This document shows positions 27,384 to 37,514 of a stretch of 64,000 nucleotides of DNA, piece by piece. Both the position numbers and the translations under genes were made by a program. The notes under the pieces were generated by a model. It saw only the letters and a program-made list of their open reading frames with translations. It had not been told where the DNA came from and searched no databases. Numbering within the stretch: the first letter of the stretch is position 1; each line of letters begins with the position of its first letter. This DNA is from Myxococcota bacterium (GTDB taxonomy: Bacteria > Myxococcota_A > UBA9160 > JAFDDA01), in the NCBI GenBank assembly GCA_965228475.1, contig OZ245817.1, positions 2,912,001-2,976,000 on the forward strand, written 5' to 3'.

Positions 27384-28778
27384 GTGACGGGCGACCCGCG
27401 AGAAGAGAGCGCGCGCAGCCGCCTCACCCGCGCGCGCCGGGACGTCGTCTCGACGCGCGTCTCGAGCGCCGCGGCCCGCCGCCGGGCCGCTCCGGAGCCC
27501 CCCGCCGCCAACGCGGCCGCGAGCCTGCGGGCCTCCCTGCACGCGCGCCTCCTCGACGAGCTCGCGGAACGCAACCTCCTCCACGCCGACGACGAGGCCA
27601 TCCGGACCGCGGCGCGCGAGCTGATCGAGCGCGCGCGGGCCGAGGGCGACCTCCCGGTGAATCACGAAGAGGAGCGGGATCTCGTCCGAAGCCTCACGGA
27701 AGAAGCCATCGGGCTCGGACCGCTCGCGCCCTTCGTCTCCGACCCCGCCGTCACGGACATCCTCGTGAACGGGCCGCACAAGGTCTGGGTCGAGCGCTTC
27801 GGCCGGCTCGAGCCCGTCCACGCGCCGTTCCAGGACGAGGCGCACCTCCTCCGGATCATCGAGCGGATCGCGGGCCGCGTCGGGCGGCGGATCGACGCCG
27901 CCTCCCCGATGGTGGATCTCCGCCTCCCCGATGGAAGCCGCGTCCACGCGACGCTTCCGCCGGTGACCCCCGACGGCCCGACGCTCTCGATCCGCCGCTT
28001 CGGCGCGCGGCGCCTCGAGGCCGCCGATCTCGTCAAGACGGGGAGCTTCTCGCCGACGATGTCCGACGCCCTCGAGGCCTTCGTGCTCGGCCGGCGCAAC
28101 ATCCTCATCTCGGGCGGCACCGGGGCGGGCAAGTCGACCCTGCTCGGCGTCCTCGCCGCGCACATCCCGGCCTCGGAGCGGGTCATCACCATCGAGGACA
28201 CGCTCGAGCTCCAGCTCGACCACCCGCACTGGGTGCGCATGGAGTCGCGCCCGGCCAACGTCGAAGGCCGCGGCGAGCTCACCGCGCGCGACCTCGTCCG
28301 CAACAGCCTGCGGATGCGTCCGGACCGCGTGATCGTCGGCGAGGTTCGCGGCGCCGAAGCGCTCGACATGCTCCAGGCCATGAACACGGGCCACGAGGGA
28401 AGTCTCGGGACGATCCACGCCAACTCGCCGCGCGACGCGCTCGCGCGGCTCGAAACGATGGTGCTGATGGCCGGGATGGACCTGCCCTCGCGCGCGATCC
28501 GCGAGCAGATGGTCTCCGCGATCGACCTGATCGTCCACGTGAGCCGGGACGAGGACGGCGTCCGCCGGGTCGGGTCGATCTGCGAGGTCGTGGGGCTCGA
28601 GGGCACCGTCCCTCAGCTTCAGGACCTCTTCGTCTTCCGGCGCAGCGGCCACCGCGAAGGCCGCGTCCTCGGGCGACACACCGCCAGCGGAATCGTTCCC
28701 CGTTTCGGGGACGAGATCCGCCGCCGCGGCATCGCACTTCCGAACGAATGGTTCCAACCCTCCGAGGTTTCCTCATGA
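27384..28778 (+). CDS. cpaF: CpaF/TadA traffic ATPase
   Basis: SGGTGAGKST, IEDTLEL, LRMRPDRVIVGEVRG, MNTGHEG, TIHANS. Confidence 0.95.
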   Translation: MTGDPREESARSRLTRARRDVVSTRVSSAAARRRAAPEPPAANAAASLRASLHARLLDELAERNLLHADDEAIRTAARELIERARAEGDLPVNHEEERDLVRSLTEEAIGLGPLAPFVSDPAVTDILVNGPHKVWVERFGRLEPVHAPFQDEAHLLRIIERIAGRVGRRIDAASPMVDLRLPDGSRVHATLPPVTPDGPTLSIRRFGARRLEAADLVKTGSFSPTMSDALEAFVLGRRNILISGGTGAGKSTLLGVLAAHIPASERVITIEDTLELQLDHPHWVRMESRPANVEGRGELTARDLVRNSLRMRPDRVIVGEVRGAEALDMLQAMNTGHEGSLGTIHANSPRDALARLETMVLMAGMDLPSRAIREQMVSAIDLIVHVSRDEDGVRRVGSICEVVGLEGTVPQLQDLFVFRRSGHREGRVLGRHTASGIVPRFGDEIRRRGIALPNEWFQPSEVSS

Positions 28779-29491
28779 GCTTCTCCACGCCGCGCCGACT
28801 GCTCGCGCTCGCCCTGCCCCTCGGCCTGCTCGTCGCGGGCGGCTGCGCCCGGACGCCGGGCCCGCCTTCGGACCCCAACGTGCGTCTCTCCCAAATCATG
28901 GAGGCCTGGCACGACCAGCGCGCCGCCGGCGTGACGTGCCAGGACGGCTACGAGCCCGGGCGCCCGGTGGTCGACTGCCGGCGGCTGATGAAGGCCCTCG
29001 AGGGGCTCGCCCTCGAGTTCCCGCGCCACCCCGGCGTCCTGTTCGCGGCGGCCACGCTGGCGCGCGAGGAAGGCGCGCCCGAGAAAGCGCAGGGCTACCT
29101 CGCCGCCCTGTTCACGGTGCGCCCCACGCACCCCGCCGCCGCGATCCTGCGCGCACGGATTGCAATGGACCAGGGCAATCTCCCCCAGGCCGAGCGCACC
29201 CTGAGCCACCAGATCCTGCTGGCACCGGACCACGCGGGCCTGCGGGAGGCGTTCGCCTCCGTCGCGTACCTGAAGGGCGACTGGAAGGCATCGGAAGAGC
29301 GCCTGCGGGCGGCCGAGCAGCTCGGCGCTCCGGATTGGCGCGTGGCCTACCACCGCGGCCTCATCGCCGAGGCGCGGGGCCAGCTCGACGAAGCGGCCGC
29401 GCACTACCGGCGCTCGCTCGACGCCTCGCCGGGGTTCGAGCGCGCGCAGATGCGGCTCGCGGGGCTCGCCGTCCGGCCGCGCGTGGACTAG
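28775..29491 (+). CDS. TPR lipoprotein (TadD/pilotin-like)
   Basis: VAGGC lipobox; TPR-like helices; coupled to cpaF. Confidence 0.72.
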   Translation: MSFSTPRRLLALALPLGLLVAGGCARTPGPPSDPNVRLSQIMEAWHDQRAAGVTCQDGYEPGRPVVDCRRLMKALEGLALEFPRHPGVLFAAATLAREEGAPEKAQGYLAALFTVRPTHPAAAILRARIAMDQGNLPQAERTLSHQILLAPDHAGLREAFASVAYLKGDWKASEERLRAAEQLGAPDWRVAYHRGLIAEARGQLDEAAAHYRRSLDASPGFERAQMRLAGLAVRPRVD

Positions 29492-29578
29492 TCGCGCCAG
29501 CGCAGGCGGGCCACACGGAATCGCGCTCCCCCCGGACGTCCGGTCCGGTACCCTCCGGCGAATTCACGGGAGGGATCC

Positions 29579-29884
29579 ATGAAGCGCTTCTCGCTCCTCA
29601 TCACGGCCGTCGCCGCACTGGCCCTCGGCTGCGCGACCGGCGGCGGCCACGCCGACGACCACGAGCACCACCACGGCAACGACGGCCACGCCAACGCCCA
29701 CGAGCACCATCACGGCGACGACGGCCACGCCAGCGAACACGAACACCACCACGGCAACGACGGGCATTCGAGCGAGCACCAGCACCACCACGGCGACGAC
29801 GGCCACGCCAACGAGCACGAACACCACCACCACGGCGACGCCTCCGAGCGCGAAGACTCCGATCACCACCACCACGCCGAGTAG
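29579..29884 (+). CDS. Poly-histidine lipoprotein (30 His in 101 aa)
   Basis: GGAGG RBS; LALGC lipobox; five 13-aa repeats. Confidence 0.82.
   Translation: MKRFSLLITAVAALALGCATGGGHADDHEHHHGNDGHANAHEHHHGDDGHASEHEHHHGNDGHSSEHQHHHGDDGHANEHEHHHHGDASEREDSDHHHHAE
29645..29839 (+). repeat. Five 39-nt coding tandem repeats (approximately GHxxxHEHHHGxD)
   Basis: Read directly from the sequence. Confidence 0.85.
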
Positions 29885-29977
29885 GGGCCGCCTGCCATGG
29901 CCCGTTCCGGCCCCGCCCATGTTCGTGGCGGGGTCTGGTAGCCTTCTGGGTGCCGCAACCGAAAAGGAGCCGCCGCC

Positions 29978-30865
29978 ATGGCCACCGCAGCGCACCCGAC
30001 CGACGGAATCGACGTCCAGCGCCTCACGGGCTCTCTCGGGGCGGAGGTCCGGGGGATCGACCTGCGCAGCGCAGGTGCCGCCGAGGCCGAGACCATCCTC
30101 GAGCTCGTTGCCCAGCACCTGGTCCTGTTCTTCCCCGACCAGCACCTGACGCCCGACGAGCACATCGCCTTCGGCCGGCTGTTCGGGAAGCTCGAGGGTC
30201 ACCCGAACCTCTCGCTCGATGCCGAGCGCCCGGAGTTCTTCGAGCTGCGCGCCGAAGGCGGATCCGGGGCGATCGCCGACGAGTGGCACAGCGACCTCAC
30301 CTGCCAGGCCGAGCCCTCGATCTTCGCGATCCTGCACATGAAGAAGTGCCCGCCCTTCGGCGGCGACACGCTCTGGGCCAACATGTACAAGGCCTACGAA
30401 GCGCTCTCCCCGCCGATGAAGGACCTCTGCGAGAGCCTCACGGCGATGCACGACGCGAGCCCCCACTACACGCCGGAGCGTCGCGCCGTCCACCCCGTCG
30501 TTCGCGTGCACCCCGTGACCGGCCGCCGCTCGCTGTTCGTGAACGAACACTTCACCCGGCGCATCGTCGAGCTGAGTCACCCCGAGAGCGAAGCGCTGCT
30601 GCGCTTCCTCACCGGTTGGGCCACGAACGACCGTTTCACCGTCCGCTACCGCTGGAGCGAGGGCACGATCGCCATGTGGGACAACCGGTGCACGCAGCAC
30701 CACGTGCTCGACGACTTCGAGGGCGAGCGGGTCATCCAGCGCGTCACCGTCATGGGCGACCGGCCCGAGGCCGCCACGCCGCCGCGCTACGAGCCCTTCG
30801 GCGGAAGCTTCAGCGCCGCCAGCTGGCGCGACAAGCCGCTCAAGGACTTCCTGCGCAAGGGCTGA
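29978..30865 (+). CDS. TauD/TfdA family Fe(II)/2-oxoglutarate dioxygenase
   Basis: WHSDLT, GGDTLWAN, HPVVRVHP, WDNRCTQH. Confidence 0.93.
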   Translation: MATAAHPTDGIDVQRLTGSLGAEVRGIDLRSAGAAEAETILELVAQHLVLFFPDQHLTPDEHIAFGRLFGKLEGHPNLSLDAERPEFFELRAEGGSGAIADEWHSDLTCQAEPSIFAILHMKKCPPFGGDTLWANMYKAYEALSPPMKDLCESLTAMHDASPHYTPERRAVHPVVRVHPVTGRRSLFVNEHFTRRIVELSHPESEALLRFLTGWATNDRFTVRYRWSEGTIAMWDNRCTQHHVLDDFEGERVIQRVTVMGDRPEAATPPRYEPFGGSFSAASWRDKPLKDFLRKG

Positions 30866-30926
30866 CCCTCCGACGGCAGCTATGCTCCCCTGCCCGCCGC
30901 ACGCCGGCGGAGCAGGAGGAGCGGAC

Positions 30927-31838
30927 ATGGCCGACCGGACGGTCTCGGAGATCTTCGACCCCACGCGCTGGGAGGCCGTCCCCGGCTTCGACTTCGAGGA
31001 CATCACCTACCACCGTGCCGTCGACCAGGGCACGGTTCGCATCGCCTTCGACCGCCCCGAGGTACGGAACGCCTTCCGCCCGCGCACCGTCGACGAGCTC
31101 GACCGCGCCCTCGACCACGCGCGGATGACGACCGACGTCGGCTGCGTCCTGTTGACCGGGAACGGCCCCTCGCCCAAGGACGGCGTCTGGGCCTTCTGCA
31201 GCGGCGGCGACCAGCGCATCCGCGGCCGGGACGGCTACAAGTACGCCGAGGGCGAGACGGCCGAGACGATCGAGCCCGGCCGGGCGGGCCGCCTCCACAT
31301 CCTCGAGGTCCAGCGCCTGATCCGCTTCATGCCGAAGGTCGTGATCGCCGTGGTGCCGGGCTTCGCCGTCGGCGGCGGCCACAGCCTCCACGTCACCTGC
31401 GACCTCACCCTCGCGAGCGCCGAGCACGCCGTCTTCAAGCAGACGGACACGGACGTCGCGAGCTTCGACGGGGGCTTCGGTTCCGCCTATCTCGCCAAGC
31501 AGATCGGCCAGAAGTTCGCCCGGGAGATCTTCTTCCTCGGCCAGGGCTACTCCGCCGAGCAAGCGCACCACATGGGGATGGTGAACCGCGTCGTCCCCCA
31601 CGCCGAGCTCGAACGCGTCGCCCTCGAGTGGGCCCGCGAGATCAACACCAAGAGCCCGACGGCCCAGCGCATGGCCAAGTTCGCGATGAACCTCGTCGAC
31701 GACGGCCTCGTCGGCCAGCAGGTCTTCGCGGGCGAGGCCACCCGGCTGGCCTACATGACGGACGAGGCCGAGGAAGGGCGCGACGCCTTCCTCGAGAAGC
31801 GGGATCGGGACTTCTCGAAGTTCCCCTGGCACTTCTGA
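30927..31838 (+). CDS. menB: 1,4-dihydroxy-2-naphthoyl-CoA synthase
   Basis: [53 protein letters not shown]. Confidence 0.95.
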   Translation: MADRTVSEIFDPTRWEAVPGFDFEDITYHRAVDQGTVRIAFDRPEVRNAFRPRTVDELDRALDHARMTTDVGCVLLTGNGPSPKDGVWAFCSGGDQRIRGRDGYKYAEGETAETIEPGRAGRLHILEVQRLIRFMPKVVIAVVPGFAVGGGHSLHVTCDLTLASAEHAVFKQTDTDVASFDGGFGSAYLAKQIGQKFAREIFFLGQGYSAEQAHHMGMVNRVVPHAELERVALEWAREINTKSPTAQRMAKFAMNLVDDGLVGQQVFAGEATRLAYMTDEAEEGRDAFLEKRDRDFSKFPWHF

Positions 31839-32097
31839 GGCCGGGTCGGCCCCTCGGGGGCCGGTGGCCGGCCGATCCCGCCCAAGCTTTCGGATTCACG
31901 GGGGTTTCGCCGATCGCGGGGCCGGAGCGGATCGGATAAACTGCAGCGCGCGTTCGACTCGCCCCGAGTTCCGGACGCAGCCCGAAGGAAACCACCGGGG
32001 AGGCATTCTCCCTGTCACGCGAGGCCGAACCGCGACCTCCCGCCCCCTCCCCGAAACGGGGCGGGGCGCCACACCCACCACGGACGACCCACCATCC

Positions 32098-33768
32098 ATG
32101 GACGCCCCTGCCACCCAGTACCAGCTGACGAATCCCTTCGACGCGCCCCCGCCCGGCGACGGCGAGACCGACGCCGCGCCCCAGGGCCTCTACGACGCCG
32201 CGCTCGAGCTCGGCCACGAGCTGAACGCGAAGCCCGTCGTCGGCGGCGGCCTCGCGCGCGTCCGCGTGCAGCACGCCAAGCAGCGCATGACGGTGTTCGA
32301 GCGGATCGACGTCCTCACGCGCGAGACGCCGAACCTGCTCTGGACCAACTGGGGCCCGGCGCTCGACGGCGCCTCGATCGTGACCGGCATCCTGCGCATC
32401 GGCGACCGCGACGTCGCGGTCTACGGCCACGACTTCACCCTGCGTGCCGGCTCCATGGACGCGACCAACGGCGACAAGCTCGCGCGCCTGATCTACATGG
32501 CCGGCGAGCGCGGCATCCCGCTGATCGGCATGAACGATTCCGCGGGCGCGTTCGTGCCGGCCGGCGTCGGCGGCCTCGACGGCTACAGCGAAGCGTTCAC
32601 CGCGCTCCGCAAGATCTCGGGCGTCGTCCCCTCGATCAGCCTGATGTTCGGGTACAACGCCGGCGGCGGCGCGTACCTGCCGCGCCAGGGATCGTTCATG
32701 ATCCAGTGCGAAGACACCTTTACCGGCTTGACCGGCCCCGGCGTCGTGAAGAGCGCGCTCGGCGAGGACGTGACGGCCGACGAGCTCGGCGGCCCCGGCG
32801 TGCACGGCCTGAACGGCGTCTGCGACCTCACGACGGCCGACGAACTCGCCTCGCTGCGCACCGCGATCCGCCTGCTCAGCTACCTCCCGGACAACCATCA
32901 CAAGACGGCGCCCTTCCAGGAGACCTCGGATCCGCTCGATCGCTTCACCGTCGAAGAGGACATCCTGTTCCGGCGCACGTTCAACTCGCCCGCCGGGATG
33001 AACGCGCCGCTCGACATCACGCTGTTCATCCAGCAGATCTGCGACCACGGCGACTTCTTCGAGCTCCAGCCGGCCCGCGCGCGCAACATGGTGACGGCCT
33101 TCGGGCGCATCGGCGGCCACGTCGTCGGCTTCGTGGCGAACAACTCGGCGGTGGCCTCGGGCCAGATCGACGTCGACGCCGCGCGCAAGGCGACGCGCTT
33201 CATCCGCTTCTGCAACGTCTACAACGTTCCGCTGATCTTCCTCGAGGACACGACGGGCTTCCTGCCCGGCACCGAGCAGGAGAGCCGCGGCATCATCCTC
33301 GAGGGTCGGCGCCTGCTCGACGCGATCATCGACGTGCGCGTGCCCTCGATGACGCTGATCATCCGCAACGCCTTCGGCGGCGCCTACGCCGCCTACAACT
33401 CGCACTTCGTCGGGGCCGACCGGGTCTTCGCCATGCCGCACTCGCGGATCGCGGTCATGGGGCCGGGCGGCGGCACGGAATTCGTCTACAAGGGCGAGAT
33501 CCGGGCGCTCGAAGCCGAGTACCGCAAGGCGATAGAGGACGGCACGCCCGAAGCCGACGCCGTCCGCGCGCGTGACGCCGGCCTCGCCAAGCTCCGCGAT
33601 CAGTACGAGCGCGAGCTGATGAACCCGAAGGAAGCGCTCTCGCTGGGCTCGGTGTCCAGCGTCGTCATCCCAGGAACGAGCCGCCGCGTGCTGGCGCAGA
33701 ACCTCGACTTCCTGATGCGCACCTACACCCCCGGCCCGATGGCCGGCCCGCAGCGGGAGTTCGAATAG
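32098..33768 (+). CDS. Acyl-CoA carboxylase carboxyltransferase subunit
   Basis: [50 protein letters not shown]. Confidence 0.9.
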   Translation: MDAPATQYQLTNPFDAPPPGDGETDAAPQGLYDAALELGHELNAKPVVGGGLARVRVQHAKQRMTVFERIDVLTRETPNLLWTNWGPALDGASIVTGILRIGDRDVAVYGHDFTLRAGSMDATNGDKLARLIYMAGERGIPLIGMNDSAGAFVPAGVGGLDGYSEAFTALRKISGVVPSISLMFGYNAGGGAYLPRQGSFMIQCEDTFTGLTGPGVVKSALGEDVTADELGGPGVHGLNGVCDLTTADELASLRTAIRLLSYLPDNHHKTAPFQETSDPLDRFTVEEDILFRRTFNSPAGMNAPLDITLFIQQICDHGDFFELQPARARNMVTAFGRIGGHVVGFVANNSAVASGQIDVDAARKATRFIRFCNVYNVPLIFLEDTTGFLPGTEQESRGIILEGRRLLDAIIDVRVPSMTLIIRNAFGGAYAAYNSHFVGADRVFAMPHSRIAVMGPGGGTEFVYKGEIRALEAEYRKAIEDGTPEADAVRARDAGLAKLRDQYERELMNPKEALSLGSVSSVVIPGTSRRVLAQNLDFLMRTYTPGPMAGPQREFE

Positions 33769-36515
33769 TGCTCGACCGAAACCTCACCCCCTCCCGGTTC
33801 CAGGACGCCGCGTCCGAGTGGCAGCGCTCGTTCTCCCTCGAATCGCTGAAGGTGCTCGTGGTGTGCCGCGGCCCCGTGCGGCTCGAGGCCTTCGAGATCT
33901 TCGACCGGATCGGCGTCGGCGAGTACGGGATGCTCCTCTCGGAGAAGGACTCGGTCGTCTACCCGCGCTGCCTCGCGCCGGAGCTGCGCACCCTCCGCTT
34001 CCCGAACAACGTCCACCGCGTGGCGGACTACATGGGCGTGGGCCAGGAGGAGAAGCAGGAGCGCATCGCCGAGATCATCGAGATCGCGAAGAGCGAGGGC
34101 TACACGCACTTCTTCGCCGGCTACGGCTTCATGGCCGAGGACGCCGAGTTCATCCAGGCGATCGAGGACGCGAACCTCGGGTTCCTCGGCCCCTGCTCGG
34201 CGGTGGTCCGCCGCGCCGGCGCCAAGGACGAAGCCAAGAAGCTCGCGCGCGAGCTCGGCAACGCCGTCATCCCCGGCGTCGACGACATCTCCTCCCAGGC
34301 GCTCCTGAAGAAGGTCGAAGGCCGCAAGGGGCTCGAGGCGCTCGCCGCAGAGCACGGGCTCTCGTTCTCCTGGGACGACGCCGTCTCGGAGTCCGAGAAC
34401 GCCGAAGCGCTGCTCCAGGCCGGCTACGGCTCGCGCGTCGAGCTCGTCGGGATTCCGGATCTCCAGGCCCAGGCCGAGGCGATCTGCAGCGAGATGTGGG
34501 CCGAGTATCCGAGCAACCGCATCCGCTTCAAGCACATCGGCGGAGGCGGTGGCAAGGGCCAGCGTGTCGTTGCCTCGCCCGAGGAGATCCCGGCCGCGGT
34601 CATGGACATCCTCGCCGAGTCGAAGGTGGTCGAGCCCGGCTCGAACCGGAACTTCCTCGTCGAGCTGAACATCGAGAGCACCCGCCACAACGAGATCCAG
34701 CTGATCGGCAACGGCAGCTGGTGCCTCTCGCTCGGCGGCCGCGACTGCTCCGTGCAGATGCACGAACAGAAGCTCGTCGAGGTCTCGCTCACGAAGGAGC
34801 TGCTCGAGGCCGAGGCCAAGGCGATCGGCGGCAAGGCCCAGGCCATCCTCGAGGGCGACGTCGGCACGCTCGCGCGCATGGAGAGCGAGGGCGAGCGCTT
34901 CGGCGAAGCGACCGGCCTGAACTCCGTCTCGACCTTCGAGTGCATCGTCGAGGGCTTCAACCACTTCTTCATGGAGATGAACACGCGGATCCAGGTGGAG
35001 CACGGCGTCACCGAGCTCGCCTACCGCCTGAAGTTCACGAACCCCGACGACGCCCAGGACTTCTTCTTCGTCGACGAACTGATCGAGGCCATGGCGCTGC
35101 TCGGCCTCCACGGCGAGCGCGTGCCGAAGCCCGAACGCGTCGTGCGCTCGCTCTCGGGCCTCGAGGTCCGGATCAACGCCACGAACCAGGCACTGCAGCC
35201 CCACGCCGGCGGCATGATCCGCAGCTGGACGCCGCCGATCGAGGGCGAGATCCGCTTCGACCAGGGCATCGGCGTCCCGAACCCGGACACCGGCTCCTTC
35301 GTCTACTACAACCTCGCGGGCGCCTACGACTCGAACGTCGCCCTCGTCCTGACCGACGGCCCGACGCGCCACGAGAACTACGAGCGCATGGCCGAGGTGC
35401 TCCGCCGCATGGAGCTCCGCGGCGACGACCTGCAGACGAACCTCGACGTCCACTACGGGCTCATCAACTGGTTCCTCGGCAAGGGCGTGATGGCCGAGCC
35501 GAACACGCGCTTCATGGCATCGTTCCTGGCGGCGGTCGGCGCCCTCCAGCAGGAGGTGAACGGCCTCGACCTCGACCTCGCGGCGAGCGAGATCCTCGGC
35601 CGCCTCGACCACGCCGAAGCCAAGCAGGCCCTCGCCGCGCAGGAGACCCTGCTCAAGCGCCCGCTCGCGAAGCTCTTCGGGCGCCCGCACAGCCTGGCCG
35701 GCTTCCTCGGCCGGTACGACGGCGTGCTCTGGGAGCGCGAAGGCGAAGACCTCCGCTTCGTGAAGACCCCGATCGCGTTCCTCGACGCGCTCTACCTCTA
35801 CCTCGACATGGAGGAGCGGCCCGACGTCTCCCCCTCGGAGAAGATCTGGGACCACGACGAGGAGATCCTCGCCGCCGGCCGTGCCTTCTACCGCACCGTT
35901 GCCGAGCGCACCGGCGCGGCGGACTGGGCCTCGATCGAAGCCCTCTTCGCCTCCGACGACGGCGCCGCGAAGCTCTGCGAAGGCGACGATGCGCTTTGGC
36001 ACCAGTGCCAGGCCAGCCACCGCGGCTTCAGCGTCGGGGCCCCGCTCCTGCTCCTGATTCCCCGCATCGGCATCCGCAGCGAGTTCCTCGACGTCACCGT
36101 GAACGAGGAGCTCGCCTCGGTCTTCCCGGAGCGCTTCCTCGACGCGGAGCGGATGGAGACGGACGCCCGCGCCCTCGCCCCGGCCCCGAAGGCCAGCGCG
36201 GACGAGATCGTGACGCCCATGGGCGGAAACTTCTACGCCCGCGAGGCGCCGCACCTCCCGCTGCTCGTCGAGGAGGGCCAGCACTTCGAGGAAGGCCAGC
36301 CGCTCTTCATCATCGAGGTGATGAAGATGTTCAACAAGGTGGTCGCGCCCTTCGCCGGGACCGTCACCAAGAACCTGATGGCCGACCGCGACGGCGCCGT
36401 CGTCAAGAAGGGCGAGCCGATCCTCAAGATCGAGCCCGACGAGCGCATCGAAGAAGAGTCGCCCGAGGCCCGCGAAGCGCGCATCCGCGCCGCGACGTTG
36501 GCGCTGCTCGACTGA
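33768..36515 (+). CDS. Biotin carboxylase / biotin carrier fusion subunit
   Basis: AGYGFMAED, GGGGKG, RDCSVQ, FMEMNTRIQVEH, EVMKM. Confidence 0.9.
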   Translation: MLDRNLTPSRFQDAASEWQRSFSLESLKVLVVCRGPVRLEAFEIFDRIGVGEYGMLLSEKDSVVYPRCLAPELRTLRFPNNVHRVADYMGVGQEEKQERIAEIIEIAKSEGYTHFFAGYGFMAEDAEFIQAIEDANLGFLGPCSAVVRRAGAKDEAKKLARELGNAVIPGVDDISSQALLKKVEGRKGLEALAAEHGLSFSWDDAVSESENAEALLQAGYGSRVELVGIPDLQAQAEAICSEMWAEYPSNRIRFKHIGGGGGKGQRVVASPEEIPAAVMDILAESKVVEPGSNRNFLVELNIESTRHNEIQLIGNGSWCLSLGGRDCSVQMHEQKLVEVSLTKELLEAEAKAIGGKAQAILEGDVGTLARMESEGERFGEATGLNSVSTFECIVEGFNHFFMEMNTRIQVEHGVTELAYRLKFTNPDDAQDFFFVDELIEAMALLGLHGERVPKPERVVRSLSGLEVRINATNQALQPHAGGMIRSWTPPIEGEIRFDQGIGVPNPDTGSFVYYNLAGAYDSNVALVLTDGPTRHENYERMAEVLRRMELRGDDLQTNLDVHYGLINWFLGKGVMAEPNTRFMASFLAAVGALQQEVNGLDLDLAASEILGRLDHAEAKQALAAQETLLKRPLAKLFGRPHSLAGFLGRYDGVLWEREGEDLRFVKTPIAFLDALYLYLDMEERPDVSPSEKIWDHDEEILAAGRAFYRTVAERTGAADWASIEALFASDDGAAKLCEGDDALWHQCQASHRGFSVGAPLLLLIPRIGIRSEFLDVTVNEELASVFPERFLDAERMETDARALAPAPKASADEIVTPMGGNFYAREAPHLPLLVEEGQHFEEGQPLFIIEVMKMFNKVVAPFAGTVTKNLMADRDGAVVKKGEPILKIEPDERIEEESPEAREARIRAATLALLD

Positions 36516-36525
36516 GCGGGGCGGG

Positions 36526-37071
36526 ATGAAGCTCCTCGTCATCCTCGGAAGCCTCCGAGCGGCCGCCTTCAGCCGAAAGCTCGGAGAAGCGGTGGTCTCG
36601 CTCGCGCCGGACGGGACGGAGACCGTAACGACGGACGGCGGCGCCCTCCCCCTCTACAACCAGGACCTCGACGGCGAGGAGAAGCCCGCGCCCGTGGCGA
36701 CGCTGCTCGAGCAGGTGACCACGGCGGACGGCATCGTCTTCGTCACGCCCGAGTTCAACTACGGGATCCCGGGCCCGCTGAAGAACCTCATCGACTGGGC
36801 CTCGCGCCCCGCCTACAACTCCCCGCTCAAGGGAAAGCCCTCCCTGATCCTTGCGCACTCGCTCGCGCCCTCCGGCGGAGCACGCGCGCACGTTCAGCTC
36901 TCGAGCGTCCTCGCAGGGACCCTCACCCCGCTCTTCGTGGCGCCCGGCTTCGTGGTCCCCCAGGTGCACGAGAAGTTCGACGCCGAAGGCACGCTCACGG
37001 ACGAGATCACGAAGGCCCGCCTGCAGGGCACGCTCGCGGAGTTCGCGAAATGGGCCGGGAGCCAGGGCTGA
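36526..37071 (+). CDS. NADPH-dependent FMN reductase (ChrR-like)
   Basis: GSLRAAAFS, TPEFNYGIPGPLKNLIDWASR. Confidence 0.9.
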   Translation: MKLLVILGSLRAAAFSRKLGEAVVSLAPDGTETVTTDGGALPLYNQDLDGEEKPAPVATLLEQVTTADGIVFVTPEFNYGIPGPLKNLIDWASRPAYNSPLKGKPSLILAHSLAPSGGARAHVQLSSVLAGTLTPLFVAPGFVVPQVHEKFDAEGTLTDEITKARLQGTLAEFAKWAGSQG

Positions 37072-37139
37072 GCCGCAGCCTGCGTGCCCACGAGCGACAC
37101 GGCTGCAGCCAGGAAAGCCGACTCTCGCCGCCCCGCGCT

Positions 37140-37379
37140 TCAGCGCGTGACCGCACCGATCGAGACTTCTCCGTCCGGACTTTCCCACTCGTTCAGGTCA
37201 CAGGCGCCGTCGTCGCAGACCACGACGTAGTCGACGCCCTCGCAGGTGAAGTGGCTACGGTCATCCACGCGCGTCACGAAAGTATCCGGACAGAACTCAT
37301 GGGCCGCCTGGTAGGCCGCCTTCTCGTCGGCGAAGTAAGCGCTCAATCCAAGAAAGAAGATGTCCAAAATCAGGGTCAT
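37140..37379 (-). CDS. Small four-Cys hypothetical protein (79 aa)
   Basis: GGAGA RBS, hydrophobic N-terminus, own ECF-type promoter. Confidence 0.55.
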   Translation of the reverse strand: MTLILDIFFLGLSAYFADEKAAYQAAHEFCPDTFVTRVDDRSHFTCEGVDYVVVCDDGACDLNEWESPDGEVSIGAVTR

Positions 37380-37418
37380 GGGTCGTCTCCCGGGCGATGG
37401 CGCAGGCCGCCCTTTTCC

Positions 37419-37493
37419 CCTGAGACGACCGGACCCGGCTCGAGGTCACACGAAAGATTCTTGTGACCTTTGCCGTTCCTGGACCATCTCAGG
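37419..37493. promoter_or_regulatory. Back-to-back ECF promoters TGTGACC-N16-CRTCTCAGG
   Basis: Minus copy 37419-37450, plus copy 37462-37493. Confidence 0.65.
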
Positions 37494-37514
37494 AAACGTC
37501 GAGGGGAGGTCTTC

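Noticed and set aside
29645..29839. Regular 39-nt repeats as a possible CRISPR array
   Set aside because: In-frame coding repeats with no unique spacers and no cas genes.
31970..32060. GGAAACCACCGGGGAG resembling part of a ZTP (pfl) riboswitch
   Set aside because: The pairing GGTGG, the ACTGGCG segment and the 3' CGCCTGGGC pseudoknot strand are missing, and the downstream gene is atypical for this riboswitch.
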